Virus record (IMG/VR): IMGVR_UViG_3300020416_000002
DNA from: a virus
DNA: 64,000 nucleotides
Reading direction: 5' to 3' (one strand)
Shown in pieces: positions 1 to 10,394 of this stretch. The translations under genes and the position numbers were made by a program. The first letter of the stretch is position 1. Each line of letters begins with the position of its first letter. The notes under the pieces are model-generated. The model ran no database searches. It saw only the letters and a list, made by a program, of their open reading frames with translations, and was not told the DNA's origin.

Positions 1-169
1 CTACTGAGTTACCCCAGTACATAGCACCATGATCTATCCACTCACCCTCAAATGGTTCATAGGTATGATTTAGTGAGCGAGTAGATCCTTTGTTGGCAAG
101 AGCGTAATCAATTAGTCTTTGACACTCACTCTCACTAATAAACTCGTCCTCAGTATAAGGTAAACTCAT
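1..169 (-). CDS. partial CDS, probable 2OG-Fe(II) oxygenase N-terminus (runs off window)
   Basis: Hand-translated MSLPYTEDEFISESECQRLIDYA...; ATGA overlap with upstream stop; FISxxECxxLI start typical of the family. Confidence 0.5.
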   Translation of the reverse strand, partial: MSLPYTEDEFISESECQRLIDYALANKGSTRSLNHTYEPFEGEWIDHGAMYWGNSV

Positions 170-1020
170 TTTGTTTTAGTATTTGGAGGACCAGCAAAAT
201 CGGGGTGATCATATCTGCGATTCTCAAAGTCATCAGAATAATGATGTGGATCAGGATAGTCTTTCCAACTATCACCTTCGTATTCAGTAATCAATGGATT
301 GATATCTTTTCTCTCTGCGTATACATGATAGAAACAATCAATTTCTTTATCCTCTTTGCCATGTCCTCTATGAATCGTAATCATTTTATTATCAAACTCT
401 TTGACATATAATTTCTGACATGTACCAATAGGAGTTAGTTGTACTGTAATACTATCTTCATGCACCAGATCAGTCCAGTAATATGGAAGTAAAATAGTAT
501 TTGATCCTTTTAATCTACCACGATAGTATACTGCAACCTCTGGTCCTTCAATACATGCGTATCTAAGTCTATGCCCTTCTCCTCTAGTAGGATGAACTAA
601 GTCAAATGGTTTTGGTGATGCGTCTGCTGCGTTAAATCTAGATGATAGGTCACCAATATTACCATGATCAAAAAATGCGTTACCACCTACCTGTAGAGGA
701 TAACTGCTAGTCCCTTTAATAAAGGTATCACCCATAATATCTGCACTCTTACAGACATATAATTCTTCTTCAATCTGTGTCTGTTGTAATGTAGTGATGC
801 CTGGTCTTACTAGAAGATTACCAGTGTAAATTCTAACACTACCATGAGTAATTTCAATGTCAGTATTTTTATCAGGAGTTCCTAAGACATCAACAAAACT
901 ACCAATGAGAGTAGGATCCTCACTATAATTTAAATTGTCTTGATATTTGTAGGGTTTATTTGCAACATCTTGTTTGACATTACAATTAAAATTAGTGGGA
1001 TTAGATTCAGAGGCTGACAT
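166..1020 (-). CDS. conserved cyanophage virion/baseplate-associated protein
   Basis: 284 aa; KPFDLVHP...LRYACIEGPEVAVYYRGRL domain typical of phage fibre/structural C-termini; downstream of gp5. Confidence 0.55.
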   Translation of the reverse strand: MSASESNPTNFNCNVKQDVANKPYKYQDNLNYSEDPTLIGSFVDVLGTPDKNTDIEITHGSVRIYTGNLLVRPGITTLQQTQIEEELYVCKSADIMGDTFIKGTSSYPLQVGGNAFFDHGNIGDLSSRFNAADASPKPFDLVHPTRGEGHRLRYACIEGPEVAVYYRGRLKGSNTILLPYYWTDLVHEDSITVQLTPIGTCQKLYVKEFDNKMITIHRGHGKEDKEIDCFYHVYAERKDINPLITEYEGDSWKDYPDPHHYSDDFENRRYDHPDFAGPPNTKTK

Positions 1021-1025
1021 GATTT

Positions 1026-2357
1026 TTAAGTGTTAAATGTTTTGTTGACGAGACCAGAGATCATACCACCCTCTAATAGAGTTTTAGCAGCATTTGATGC
1101 AAGATCATCTAAGGCACCCTCACCAAGTGCTCTTTGAATATCTTTTTGTGCCTCTTCAGCAGCTAAAGATACAGCAGATAAAGTTTCGGAGTTCAATTTT
1201 TCTGAAAGATTTTTCTTGATAGCAGCAACCTGATCAATCTTAAATCCTTTAGGAACAAGAGAATCCATGACAGCAAGTTGGTCACTAGTCTTAGCACCAA
1301 CAGTAGCAGCAGCACCTTTACCAAGAAGTCCAGATGCAATTTGATCTTTGACACCAGTGAGAGAGTGACCACCTGATATGACACCAAAGGAAGATTTGGC
1401 AGCACTGGTGAGTGATCCAATATCTCCTCCTGCAATTTTACCTATAGAACCAATAGAACTTAGTGCAGAGTTGTTACCCAATAAAGAAGATGCATTAGCA
1501 GTTATACTTGAGGGATCTCCAATAATACCACTTGCTTTGTCAACTAAACTGCTAAGTCCACCAAAACCAGATCCTCCTGTAACCTTTCCAAGAGCACCAC
1601 TAATTGATTCTGGGATAGCATTGGCACCCTCACCAGAAATAAAGTTTGTAAGATCCTCCAGTGGTCCTTTTAATCCAAGAGCAGCTTCCTCAACTGCTTT
1701 TTCAATTGCCTCGATACCACCAATATCGGGATTATTAATACCAAGATCTTGTAAACTTAAACCTAAACCCTTAGCAGCAGCACCTGCAACACCACCATCT
1801 CCAAGAGGACCAGCACCTAAAGATGTTGCTTGAGTTGCAATATCAAAGAATTTGGCAATAGTATCATCAGGAACAAAACTATTAGCAAGAACCTTGGCAC
1901 CCCATGATTTAGGTACTAAGTTTCCTTTCTTACCATATGATGATACAGTGTTTGATTTTAATAAGATACGACCAGTGGTTGCCTTCATGTTAATATTTCT
2001 ACCAGCATCCAGATCAATATCTCTTTCTGCATGTACTGCAATATCTTTTGCATTAACACGAACTCTACCTCTATCAGCATTGATAGTGATATCTCCTGTA
2101 GCAGCACTTACTCTAATGTCAACACTATTAGGATTATTCTTATCTCCTGCTCTAATTTCAATAGACTTGTCACATGCCACACGACCTAATCCAGATCCAT
2201 GACCATGAGTAATCAAGAACACCTCTTGATTATCATTCACTGCATATATTTTAAATGTTTCTGCACCATCCCTACCAATTAGAGGAGAACCAGATTCAAT
2301 ACGAAAATGAGATCCTCTAGAATCAATAACTCTCCTGCCCCAGTTCTTAGTAGTCAT
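1026..2357 (-). CDS. gp5 C-terminal (beta-helix spike)-like protein with Gly/Ser-rich extension
   Basis: 443 aa; repeats such as GDITINADRGRVRVNAKDIAVHAERDIDLDAGRNINMKA; coupled to gp5. Confidence 0.6.
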   Translation of the reverse strand: MTTKNWGRRVIDSRGSHFRIESGSPLIGRDGAETFKIYAVNDNQEVFLITHGHGSGLGRVACDKSIEIRAGDKNNPNSVDIRVSAATGDITINADRGRVRVNAKDIAVHAERDIDLDAGRNINMKATTGRILLKSNTVSSYGKKGNLVPKSWGAKVLANSFVPDDTIAKFFDIATQATSLGAGPLGDGGVAGAAAKGLGLSLQDLGINNPDIGGIEAIEKAVEEAALGLKGPLEDLTNFISGEGANAIPESISGALGKVTGGSGFGGLSSLVDKASGIIGDPSSITANASSLLGNNSALSSIGSIGKIAGGDIGSLTSAAKSSFGVISGGHSLTGVKDQIASGLLGKGAAATVGAKTSDQLAVMDSLVPKGFKIDQVAAIKKNLSEKLNSETLSAVSLAAEEAQKDIQRALGEGALDDLASNAAKTLLEGGMISGLVNKTFNT

Positions 2358-4909
2358 TAGTATCCATATCCTCCGCTATCGACAGATCCACTTGAGTTGT
2401 TATCAGATGAGTCATCCATATCCAATACACTAGTTGTGTTGTCAGTATCTGTATTTGGTGGTGGTGTTGATGATGTAGGTCTCAAATCTCTTCTCGGTAA
2501 GTCAGTGGCAGAGTTATCAACCTGTGGTAATGGTGTCTCTGGAGTTTTCATGATGTTTAATTTACCACTTCCTCGTACACAGTCTACCACAGTAAGAACT
2601 CCTTGCTGTCTTTCTTCAGGAATAGGACCGAAGATTGGTCTAAGTATTGCACCTTCACCAGTCTTTGTTTTAATTGTGAAGATTGGTTGAGATTCAAATT
2701 TAAGGATATTTAATACCTTAACAGAATTTATACCACCAGTAACAGGATCAATAACTAATTCATATGTAGGTTTGTTAGAAACATTTATTAGAAGATCTGT
2801 CTCTGGAACTAAACCTGCTCCAGCACTAACAACATTAGAAGGGATAGGTTCTCCCGTTGCAGGATCAAATTGTTGTTCTTCATCAACAGTGTCTTGAGTA
2901 TCAGGGTCACGGAATCCTCCTCCTTTTGGAACAATTGTAATTAGGTTTTCTTCGATGATACTATCACCAGGCGTATAACCAGTGCCAGGATCCTGTACGA
3001 ATACAGTAGTCACACCAACATTATCATCAATAGCACCCTCTTCTACAATTGGGTACCCTTCACCAGTGCTTGTAATAACAACACCAACAATCTGACCATT
3101 TTCATCAATGATTGCTTCACCATGAGCACCATATCCCTTACCACACTTATCAGCAAAACTAATAGCGGGAGGTGTTCTATAATTTCTGCCAGGCACAGTA
3201 ATGTTAGCACCAATAATGCCTGCAGTTCTACTTACACTATCAGCAAGAGTAGTTAATCCTGGCGTATTCTCAATAAAGTTACCAAGAACAACATTACCAA
3301 TTGCTCCTATACCACCTCCACCAAATATTTGCATAGTGGGGTTACCACAATTCTGCTTACCACCAGTACAAGATCCACCACTACTTAGATCATCAATTAG
3401 TCCAGATATTCTACCAACACTACCAAGACTATTTGTAACTCCAGATGGTATTAAGTTGCCAAACTTACTCTTAACTAAACCACCAACAAGAGCACTAGGA
3501 TTTTGTACAGCATCAACAATGCCACCAATACCATCAGTAATTCCACCAAGTCCATCGGCAAGTGAATCAATTTGATTTGCAATTCCTGCAAGACCTTTAG
3601 TACCACCACCTTTAGATTGTTTGTTCATGGCATAGGAAACATATGCGAAAGGATCTGCCCCTTTCTCCATAGGACCACCAGAGACTTCATACTTTCTTAT
3701 GGGAGGACACTTATCTTTATTTGTTTGTCCGCAATCTAGAAATCCTCCAAAATCTTCAATAGCTAATGCTGAACCCCTTAGGAGATCCCCTATGTCAAAT
3801 CCATCCAAGATATTAGAAAGATCTGCTAAAGGTAACTTCATAGCATCAGCAATATTATTAGTAATATTATTCAAAAAGTTAGCAGCAAAGTTAGTAGTAA
3901 CACAACCAGCAAGACCAAGACCAGATGCTAACAAATCCTTCAACATGTCAGAAACTGTTCCTCTCAATCCTTCAACTACCTTGTTAGCTACACATGATAA
4001 AGCGTTCTCTGCGTTCTTAATTTTAGGTATCTCACCAATTTGAGCTGCTCTACCAGCAGCGTGTGCAACTGCATATGATTGTGGTGAGTTGCCAGTTTGT
4101 GCAAATACTTTACCAAAAGTGTCATTATATAATTTCTCCAATCCATCTTGTAATTTTCCTTCTAACTCATCATATGCAAAGTCAAACATTCGTCCAACAA
4201 ATGCATTACTCTGAGTTTCTATTAAGTCAGCAACAGCATCGATCTCTGCCTCTAATGCCATCCCAGTCAATTTGAATTGATCTATTCTATCTGCCATATT
4301 CTCAAGGGCAGTAGACATTCTTGATATAGGAGTTGGACTACATGTGTCTGGAGTAATTTCTTTACGACCAGATCCATTTTGATCTACAAAGGTGCCTTCA
4401 TTAGCACTAGTATTTGTTATCTGTGACTCAGCGTTTTGTTCTCCTGTTTCTTTTTGTTTTATTTTATCAAATGCAGGAGTAACTTCTGTGAATCCTGTAA
4501 ATGGTACAAATGGGGTAGAAAATTCTTCAGTTCCTTGATTTATCTCAACACCAGTTGCTCTACCAAAATGACCTAAAATTGCAGGTATTTGTGCATCATC
4601 ACCATCTAAAAAGAATCCAAATACAATGTCACCCTGTTGTAGTTGAGTTGATTTTGAATAGTTTGCGGAACCACTACCTACAGTGGTAGGCAACAAACAT
4701 ATTGCCCAAGGGAGATCCTCATTAGGGATACCTGGCGATTCAGTAAATGGATGATAACCCATGATACGAACCTTGTATCTAGATGCCCACCCTTCACCAT
4801 CATTGATTTGATCAGGTTGAGCATCCCTAGGAGCAACCTGACCAATCCACCAACGGAAACCGTCTCGGCCTAAAAATTTTGCTTTACCTAAAACATCTGT
4901 TTCTAACAT
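2357..4909 (-). CDS. gp5: baseplate hub / central spike gp5
   Basis: 850 aa; FRWWIGQV, RYKVRIMGYH, DLPWA, GDIVFGFFLDGDDAQIPAILG = gp5 OB-fold. Confidence 0.9.
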   Translation of the reverse strand: MLETDVLGKAKFLGRDGFRWWIGQVAPRDAQPDQINDGEGWASRYKVRIMGYHPFTESPGIPNEDLPWAICLLPTTVGSGSANYSKSTQLQQGDIVFGFFLDGDDAQIPAILGHFGRATGVEINQGTEEFSTPFVPFTGFTEVTPAFDKIKQKETGEQNAESQITNTSANEGTFVDQNGSGRKEITPDTCSPTPISRMSTALENMADRIDQFKLTGMALEAEIDAVADLIETQSNAFVGRMFDFAYDELEGKLQDGLEKLYNDTFGKVFAQTGNSPQSYAVAHAAGRAAQIGEIPKIKNAENALSCVANKVVEGLRGTVSDMLKDLLASGLGLAGCVTTNFAANFLNNITNNIADAMKLPLADLSNILDGFDIGDLLRGSALAIEDFGGFLDCGQTNKDKCPPIRKYEVSGGPMEKGADPFAYVSYAMNKQSKGGGTKGLAGIANQIDSLADGLGGITDGIGGIVDAVQNPSALVGGLVKSKFGNLIPSGVTNSLGSVGRISGLIDDLSSGGSCTGGKQNCGNPTMQIFGGGGIGAIGNVVLGNFIENTPGLTTLADSVSRTAGIIGANITVPGRNYRTPPAISFADKCGKGYGAHGEAIIDENGQIVGVVITSTGEGYPIVEEGAIDDNVGVTTVFVQDPGTGYTPGDSIIEENLITIVPKGGGFRDPDTQDTVDEEQQFDPATGEPIPSNVVSAGAGLVPETDLLINVSNKPTYELVIDPVTGGINSVKVLNILKFESQPIFTIKTKTGEGAILRPIFGPIPEERQQGVLTVVDCVRGSGKLNIMKTPETPLPQVDNSATDLPRRDLRPTSSTPPPNTDTDNTTSVLDMDDSSDNNSSGSVDSGGYGY

Positions 4910-5169
4910 CAGTCGTCGTATACTCTACACTCAAAAGCGTCTGGATGATTGTCACAATAAATTTCTAATACTTGATCACTATGTCTATTATGCCAATCGT
5001 CAATTCTAGCATCATTAGGAGAAATTTTTTCACCTTCATGCTTATCCATAAATCCATGCAATTTTAAATCTTCTGGAGTATACTCAAGCATACCATGATT
5101 GACATGTTCTTTCCCATCTTTAGGATCAATATACTCGTGAATGTGTTTTTCTGATTGATTGCAAGTCAT
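4909..5169 (-). CDS. cp12: CP12-like Calvin cycle inhibitor with His-rich N-terminus
   Basis: C-terminal LEIYCDNHPDAFECRVYDD is the CP12 signature. Confidence 0.75.
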   Translation of the reverse strand: MTCNQSEKHIHEYIDPKDGKEHVNHGMLEYTPEDLKLHGFMDKHEGEKISPNDARIDDWHNRHSDQVLEIYCDNHPDAFECRVYDD

Positions 5170-5178
5170 AGAACCTCT

Positions 5179-6492
5179 TTATTGTTTACTCCCAGAAGTG
5201 TCCCGTAGGACTCTGAGAGATGTGTATGATCTGTTGCCAGCAAAGTAGTGACTGAGCTCCTTTATAATATATAGACCGCTCAGTTTATCGTCAACCTCAT
5301 CATCAGAGGTAACTTTTGGAAACTGACAATCTATTTTATCACCTGCCATCAACTTTATGTTAACTGGCACTGTTAATGTCATGGATTGATTAAATAAACT
5401 ACTGTATCTCCAAATTGATTGTGCCATATCCTCAGTTTGAGGTTGTACAACCGTAGTGTCTACCTTAGGTTCTAAACATCCAGTAGCATTGATTCCAGTT
5501 AGAATTCTATGTGCCATGTATGGTCTACTAAAAGGATGTTCTCCATTAGTAGGATCAGCTTCTGGGGGTGGTTCATCCAATTCTGTTCCTAAGTGTTCGC
5601 CACCCATTGTTCCCCACTTAGCAGCATATGATGTATCATACTGAGTAAATCCCCATGTGTGTGGATTAAAATAAATTCTATATGTAGAATATTCTCCAGA
5701 CGCTGCAGACCTAAGAATATTTGCATGACTTTCTACAGTATATCCTAGAATTTTTTTAAAATTTAATTCTGAATTTTCACCAGTTTGAACACCACGATTA
5801 AAAATATACTCTGCAACTACATCACCACTAATGAGACTCTCAATAGACTTGAATCTCATACCATTTCTAGTTTGCCAAAAGAAAAATCCAGCAGTATTTT
5901 GTTTAGAGTTTTCAGGTATTGCTCTTGCGGCAAGCATAGGTGCAATGGTAAATGGTTTTCGCATGTTACCAATAAAATTAATCTTTCCTTTTGTGTTTTC
6001 TACCTCATCAATATCATCCCCAGTAAACTTACATGCCTTTAGTAAAACATTTATTAGATCTGAAATACTTTTACCAACAAACTTTTCAATAATTCTAGTG
6101 TTGTTATTGATAATTGCATGTCTAGATACTAAATTTAAAGTAAATACCTCCAATTGTTTCTCACCAACATAATTTGATATGTTATTGACATACATATCAA
6201 TTACAAATTCACCAACAGATGTTCCACGATCAAGTTCAATTGGAGTTGTTAAATGTATTTCTACTTTTTCTCCTCCTCTAATCGGTAAATCATCATATAC
6301 ACCTCTCTGTCCTGATGATGGATCAGCAGTATTTGTAATGGATAGATTAGCAGTAAAGGTAGGAGAAAAAAGATCTTCAAAATACTGAAATTCGACAACA
6401 CCAGCCTTCAATTCAATCTCTTTACTCCCGTCTAGGGAAAAGATCGTGAATCTTTCAAAAGTTGAACCTTGAGTAGGGGATGCTAATGCCAT
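5179..6492 (-). CDS. baseplate hub protein (gp27/phage GPD-like)
   Basis: 437 aa; FFFWQTRNGMRFKSIESL, LMAGDKI, SGLYIIKELSH motifs; position. Confidence 0.65.
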   Translation of the reverse strand: MALASPTQGSTFERFTIFSLDGSKEIELKAGVVEFQYFEDLFSPTFTANLSITNTADPSSGQRGVYDDLPIRGGEKVEIHLTTPIELDRGTSVGEFVIDMYVNNISNYVGEKQLEVFTLNLVSRHAIINNNTRIIEKFVGKSISDLINVLLKACKFTGDDIDEVENTKGKINFIGNMRKPFTIAPMLAARAIPENSKQNTAGFFFWQTRNGMRFKSIESLISGDVVAEYIFNRGVQTGENSELNFKKILGYTVESHANILRSAASGEYSTYRIYFNPHTWGFTQYDTSYAAKWGTMGGEHLGTELDEPPPEADPTNGEHPFSRPYMAHRILTGINATGCLEPKVDTTVVQPQTEDMAQSIWRYSSLFNQSMTLTVPVNIKLMAGDKIDCQFPKVTSDDEVDDKLSGLYIIKELSHYFAGNRSYTSLRVLRDTSGSKQ

Positions 6493-8402
6493 TAAGTAAA
6501 GTGATTATTGAGAACTCTCATAATATCGATTACATTACGACCTTCAGATGAAGTTTTTACCATAGATGTCGCACTAACTTTTTTAGTTCGTGGTTTTGCT
6601 ACGGTTGTGTTATTTATGATAGGGATTGGAATCGTGTACTTTTTCTGAAGTGGTTGTTCTGGAATATTCTCCTGAATAGTGCTAGAAATTGGTGGAGCAT
6701 TAATTGGTGCTTCTATTGGTTCAAGAGTAAAACCAGCATCATCAGGCACTTGGATAACTTGAGCGGGTGTGATATTAGTTTTACGAGTTTTACTAATTGG
6801 GTCTGGTCCTCTGTTCAAATGGAAAATTGTATATTGTCTTCCCTTGAAGGTAAATAAGATATTATTTCCTTCACCTCCACCACTTTGCTGATAGAGATCA
6901 CTTTCATTATATGAAATCTCAGGTGAGAATTGGATAGGTGCGTTGTTAATATCTTTTGAAGCAAAGTCAGGACCAAAATGAGGACTTTGTGTAAACGCCC
7001 GCCAAGGTGATGCAGGAGAAGATACCCTATATGAACTCAATGGTCTACCACGAACAAAAATATGATCCATAATTTCATGATCTGCTGTGATATGATCGCG
7101 TTCCCAATTAGTAGCTGGATATCTCTGAATATGAACATGAGGACCACTAGATCTACCAGTGCTACCAACATATCCTACAACCCTGCTATCACCAATATTT
7201 GAACCACCTCTTCCCATAATCTTTTGAGCACGATTAGAATTTAGTTGACCATTACCAACTCCCTGTTTAAATCTTGTAAAAGCCTCAGTAATTTTAGAAT
7301 CTGGAATAGTAATCATATTATCACCAGTTCCTAAAAACATTTTAAGGTGTCTTGCAAAATCCTCTTGGGTGCTTTCATGACTTAATCCTTTGTTGACTAG
7401 AAAATTCGTAGCAAGGGAGTCTTGAATTTTTGGAGTGAATTTAGCAGTCATTGGAATGATTGCTTGTGTTGCATAGACTTGTAACATATCGGGATTCATA
7501 CCATATCTTCCCACATCAGGTGCATCCATAGTAGATACCTCTTCTAAAGTTTTACTTGTTAATTCTGGATCATTTTCTGATCCGATTGAAGTATAACTGA
7601 AGTTCAAAGATTTTGCAACTAAATCCAGTAATGCCATATAGTTTGGATCTCTGTATACAGTTTTCGGATCCATATCATTAGTTGGATTTGGGGTATTTGA
7701 TGACCTTCCATCAAAAACATTTGTACCTTCAGGAGTTATAAGTTCCTCAGCTTTATCTTCTGCATTATTAGCATTTTCAAGTCTTGGATTTTTATATCCC
7801 TCTTCCTTACCATAATTTAAAATCATATTTTTAATATTCTCAAATGCAGCAACTGCAGCATTTTTTTCATTTCTTAATTCATCCGACAACTCACCAAATT
7901 CTTTTCTAATTTGACCAGACTTATCAGTAAAATCAAATTGTTTTAAATTATTCCAAACTGCTTTGATTACATCACCAATTTCTTTAAATATTTTAACTAT
8001 ACCTTGCATCAATTCATTTACATATGTAATAACCCTATTGACTTTTGCAATTAAATCTTCTATAAATTTAACAATCTCTGGTAATTTATCTAATAAAAAC
8101 CCTATAATTAATTGACCAATGACCTCTAGTAAATTGTCAAAAAAACCACCCTTCTTTTTCTTAAGTGCCTGACTTACACCACCAGTAGTTTTTAAAGGTT
8201 TTGCCTCTAGAACTCTTTCTTTTTCATCTTTTTTCTGACTATCTAATAATTTTTGTCTATCAATATTTCTGGTGTTTATTTGAGATTTTCTTGCTCTAAT
8301 TTTTGCACCCATAGCCTTCCTAAGACCTTGCGAAGTTTGTCTAATCGCAATGACCCCAAAACTAATTGTTGAAAATACTTCTTTATTAGGTATAAGTTTC
8401 AT
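6492..8402 (-). CDS. tail/hub-associated protein with lysozyme-like and M23 peptidase-like domains
   Basis: 636 aa; helical N-terminus; GYVGSTGRSSGPHVH and HFGPD motifs. Confidence 0.65.
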   Translation of the reverse strand: MKLIPNKEVFSTISFGVIAIRQTSQGLRKAMGAKIRARKSQINTRNIDRQKLLDSQKKDEKERVLEAKPLKTTGGVSQALKKKKGGFFDNLLEVIGQLIIGFLLDKLPEIVKFIEDLIAKVNRVITYVNELMQGIVKIFKEIGDVIKAVWNNLKQFDFTDKSGQIRKEFGELSDELRNEKNAAVAAFENIKNMILNYGKEEGYKNPRLENANNAEDKAEELITPEGTNVFDGRSSNTPNPTNDMDPKTVYRDPNYMALLDLVAKSLNFSYTSIGSENDPELTSKTLEEVSTMDAPDVGRYGMNPDMLQVYATQAIIPMTAKFTPKIQDSLATNFLVNKGLSHESTQEDFARHLKMFLGTGDNMITIPDSKITEAFTRFKQGVGNGQLNSNRAQKIMGRGGSNIGDSRVVGYVGSTGRSSGPHVHIQRYPATNWERDHITADHEIMDHIFVRGRPLSSYRVSSPASPWRAFTQSPHFGPDFASKDINNAPIQFSPEISYNESDLYQQSGGGEGNNILFTFKGRQYTIFHLNRGPDPISKTRKTNITPAQVIQVPDDAGFTLEPIEAPINAPPISSTIQENIPEQPLQKKYTIPIPIINNTTVAKPRTKKVSATSMVKTSSEGRNVIDIMRVLNNHFT

Positions 8403-10222
8403 GCTGAGTACACGCTAATATAATGGTACAAATAATCATTAGATGGATTTGCAGTAGGAATGTTAATACCAACAGTAGGTGATGAACCATCCTCACCATC
8501 ACCCTCGCCTGATGTTGCACCAGTGCCAGCAGTATCTGGCACAAACTCAAATGTTGGTAAATTTTCAGTCACATTATTGTAAATATTACTAAAACCTTCT
8601 CTAGCATTTGATATAGCATTATCAATATCCTTCATGGGAGTGAAGTTTTCCTGAAAATTACCATCCTCGTTTATATTGTTTGGTGTAACAGCTTCCATAT
8701 TAACATCAGATATATCAGTTGATGTTTTAGTAGTGCTAATAGGAATATCGTCTAGTCCTGGATATATTCTCGCCATAATCCTAGCGATTTGCTCATACAC
8801 AAGAGGATCTTTAACAGTATCATCTAATGTACCAAGTTTTCCATCAGGACCAGGTTCTTCACTTCTACTTCCAATACCACCCAAATTGAGAACTCTCATT
8901 GCTAGTGTATTGATAATATTATTATCACCTTCAGGTAAACTTGCCTTTAATCTTCTAACCTCTTTGAGGGTTTGTTGGAATTGAATTTCTAATTTGTCAA
9001 TTTGTATTTTTGCACCCTCCACATTTGTTTTTTTCTTTATTTGTTCTTGATATTCAAATTGTGCTTGTCTAATCCTAGACATGTCTCTATAAAGACCTGT
9101 TAAGTTTTGTAAGGTGGCAAGTTGTGGTTCTGTTCTATCAACATTCTTTGCTAGTTTAACTAGATTTTCCCTCTCAAAAGCAAAATCGGTCTTATCAGTG
9201 CCCTGCCATAAATATCGTTTATCTTCGTTGCTGCCGATTCCTAGAGCGGGTGAATTAATCAAGGATCCTTCTGCACCTGCTTTTCTATACCTAGGATCAC
9301 CAGTTCCATAGTATCCCAGTTCTAATGCTTTAATTTGTTTTTTAATCTCAGCAATAACGGTATTTCTCTCTGCCTCTTGGAACATTCTTTGGAAAATATT
9401 TCCCGTTAAATCTCCTTCTTCTGCTTTTTTTAATTCCTCTTTTAAGTTATCAATTACAACTTGCCTATCACCGTTAGCATCTGCAACTGCCTTAGCAATT
9501 TGTCTTTCTGCATCACTCTGTACATTAGTTTTTGCGAGGTTGAAGGCCATTACTGCTGCAATACCCATCCACACAACAGGATTTGCTAAGAGCGATAAAA
9601 TTGCAGGAATAGATGAAATAATTGCTCCTACTAAAGCAGTGATACCCGAAATAATTAGCGGTATACCAAACTGAAATGCTGCGAATACACCAACAGCAAC
9701 TAAACCAACTTTGATAAGATTATCTCGTATGTTTTCTAATGTTTTTGTATCCCCTGCATTATATGCCTTTAACGCCTTAAGTCCTTTATCTGCTAAGAAA
9801 CCAAGAAATAAATTTTTTAGCACATCCATGAGTCTCCCCATCAAACCCTTAGTCTTAGTACCAAGAGCAACGATAGGTTTTGTAAGTTTTTTAATTACAG
9901 AACCTTCAATAAATTTTTCTTTATTTACTTTCTTCTTTATATCTGCGTCTTTTTTGGATCTCTGTCTCTCGTCTTGGAACTCTTTATTGTCTAACTTAAA
10001 GTCAAGTTTAAGTAATTCCTGTACTGCAACTAAATTTCTATTAATCGCCTGTATTTGATTACCTAAAGCAGCAAAATCATTCTCTTTAATTGAATTTTCG
10101 GCAACAGCATTTTGTCTAGCAGTATCCATTCTCTGCGTCCCTGTTCGTGAGGATCTAGGCAGGAGTTTATCTACTACTACAACCTGTTTAGGTTTTGGTG
10201 CTTGCTGTTGTTCTTCAACCAT
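8399..10222 (-). CDS. tape-measure/gp29-like hub protein
   Basis: 607 aa; coiled coil plus hydrophobic helices; immediately after gp51. Confidence 0.5.
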   Translation of the reverse strand: MVEEQQQAPKPKQVVVVDKLLPRSSRTGTQRMDTARQNAVAENSIKENDFAALGNQIQAINRNLVAVQELLKLDFKLDNKEFQDERQRSKKDADIKKKVNKEKFIEGSVIKKLTKPIVALGTKTKGLMGRLMDVLKNLFLGFLADKGLKALKAYNAGDTKTLENIRDNLIKVGLVAVGVFAAFQFGIPLIISGITALVGAIISSIPAILSLLANPVVWMGIAAVMAFNLAKTNVQSDAERQIAKAVADANGDRQVVIDNLKEELKKAEEGDLTGNIFQRMFQEAERNTVIAEIKKQIKALELGYYGTGDPRYRKAGAEGSLINSPALGIGSNEDKRYLWQGTDKTDFAFERENLVKLAKNVDRTEPQLATLQNLTGLYRDMSRIRQAQFEYQEQIKKKTNVEGAKIQIDKLEIQFQQTLKEVRRLKASLPEGDNNIINTLAMRVLNLGGIGSRSEEPGPDGKLGTLDDTVKDPLVYEQIARIMARIYPGLDDIPISTTKTSTDISDVNMEAVTPNNINEDGNFQENFTPMKDIDNAISNAREGFSNIYNNVTENLPTFEFVPDTAGTGATSGEGDGEDGSSPTVGINIPTANPSNDYLYHYISVYSA

Positions 10223-10392
10223 TAGCCTGTTTGTGCTTTAAGGTTCTCTTCTTCAATATGAGATTTAAGTAGAGAAAGATATATTTCCCGTTCCCACGGG
10301 ATCATGTTTTCAATATCACTCAAGCTATATTTATGATGCTGCATGAGGGCGAAGTTGATCTTGTAATAAGAGACAAGATCCTCATGCAACAT
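10222..10392 (-). CDS. gp51: baseplate hub assembly catalyst gp51 (56 aa, not in ORF track)
   Basis: Hand-translated MLHEDLVSYYKINFALMQHHKYSLSDIENMIPWEREIYLSLLKSHIEEENLKAQTG. Confidence 0.9.
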   Translation of the reverse strand: MLHEDLVSYYKINFALMQHHKYSLSDIENMIPWEREIYLSLLKSHIEEENLKAQTG

Positions 10393-10394
10393 CG

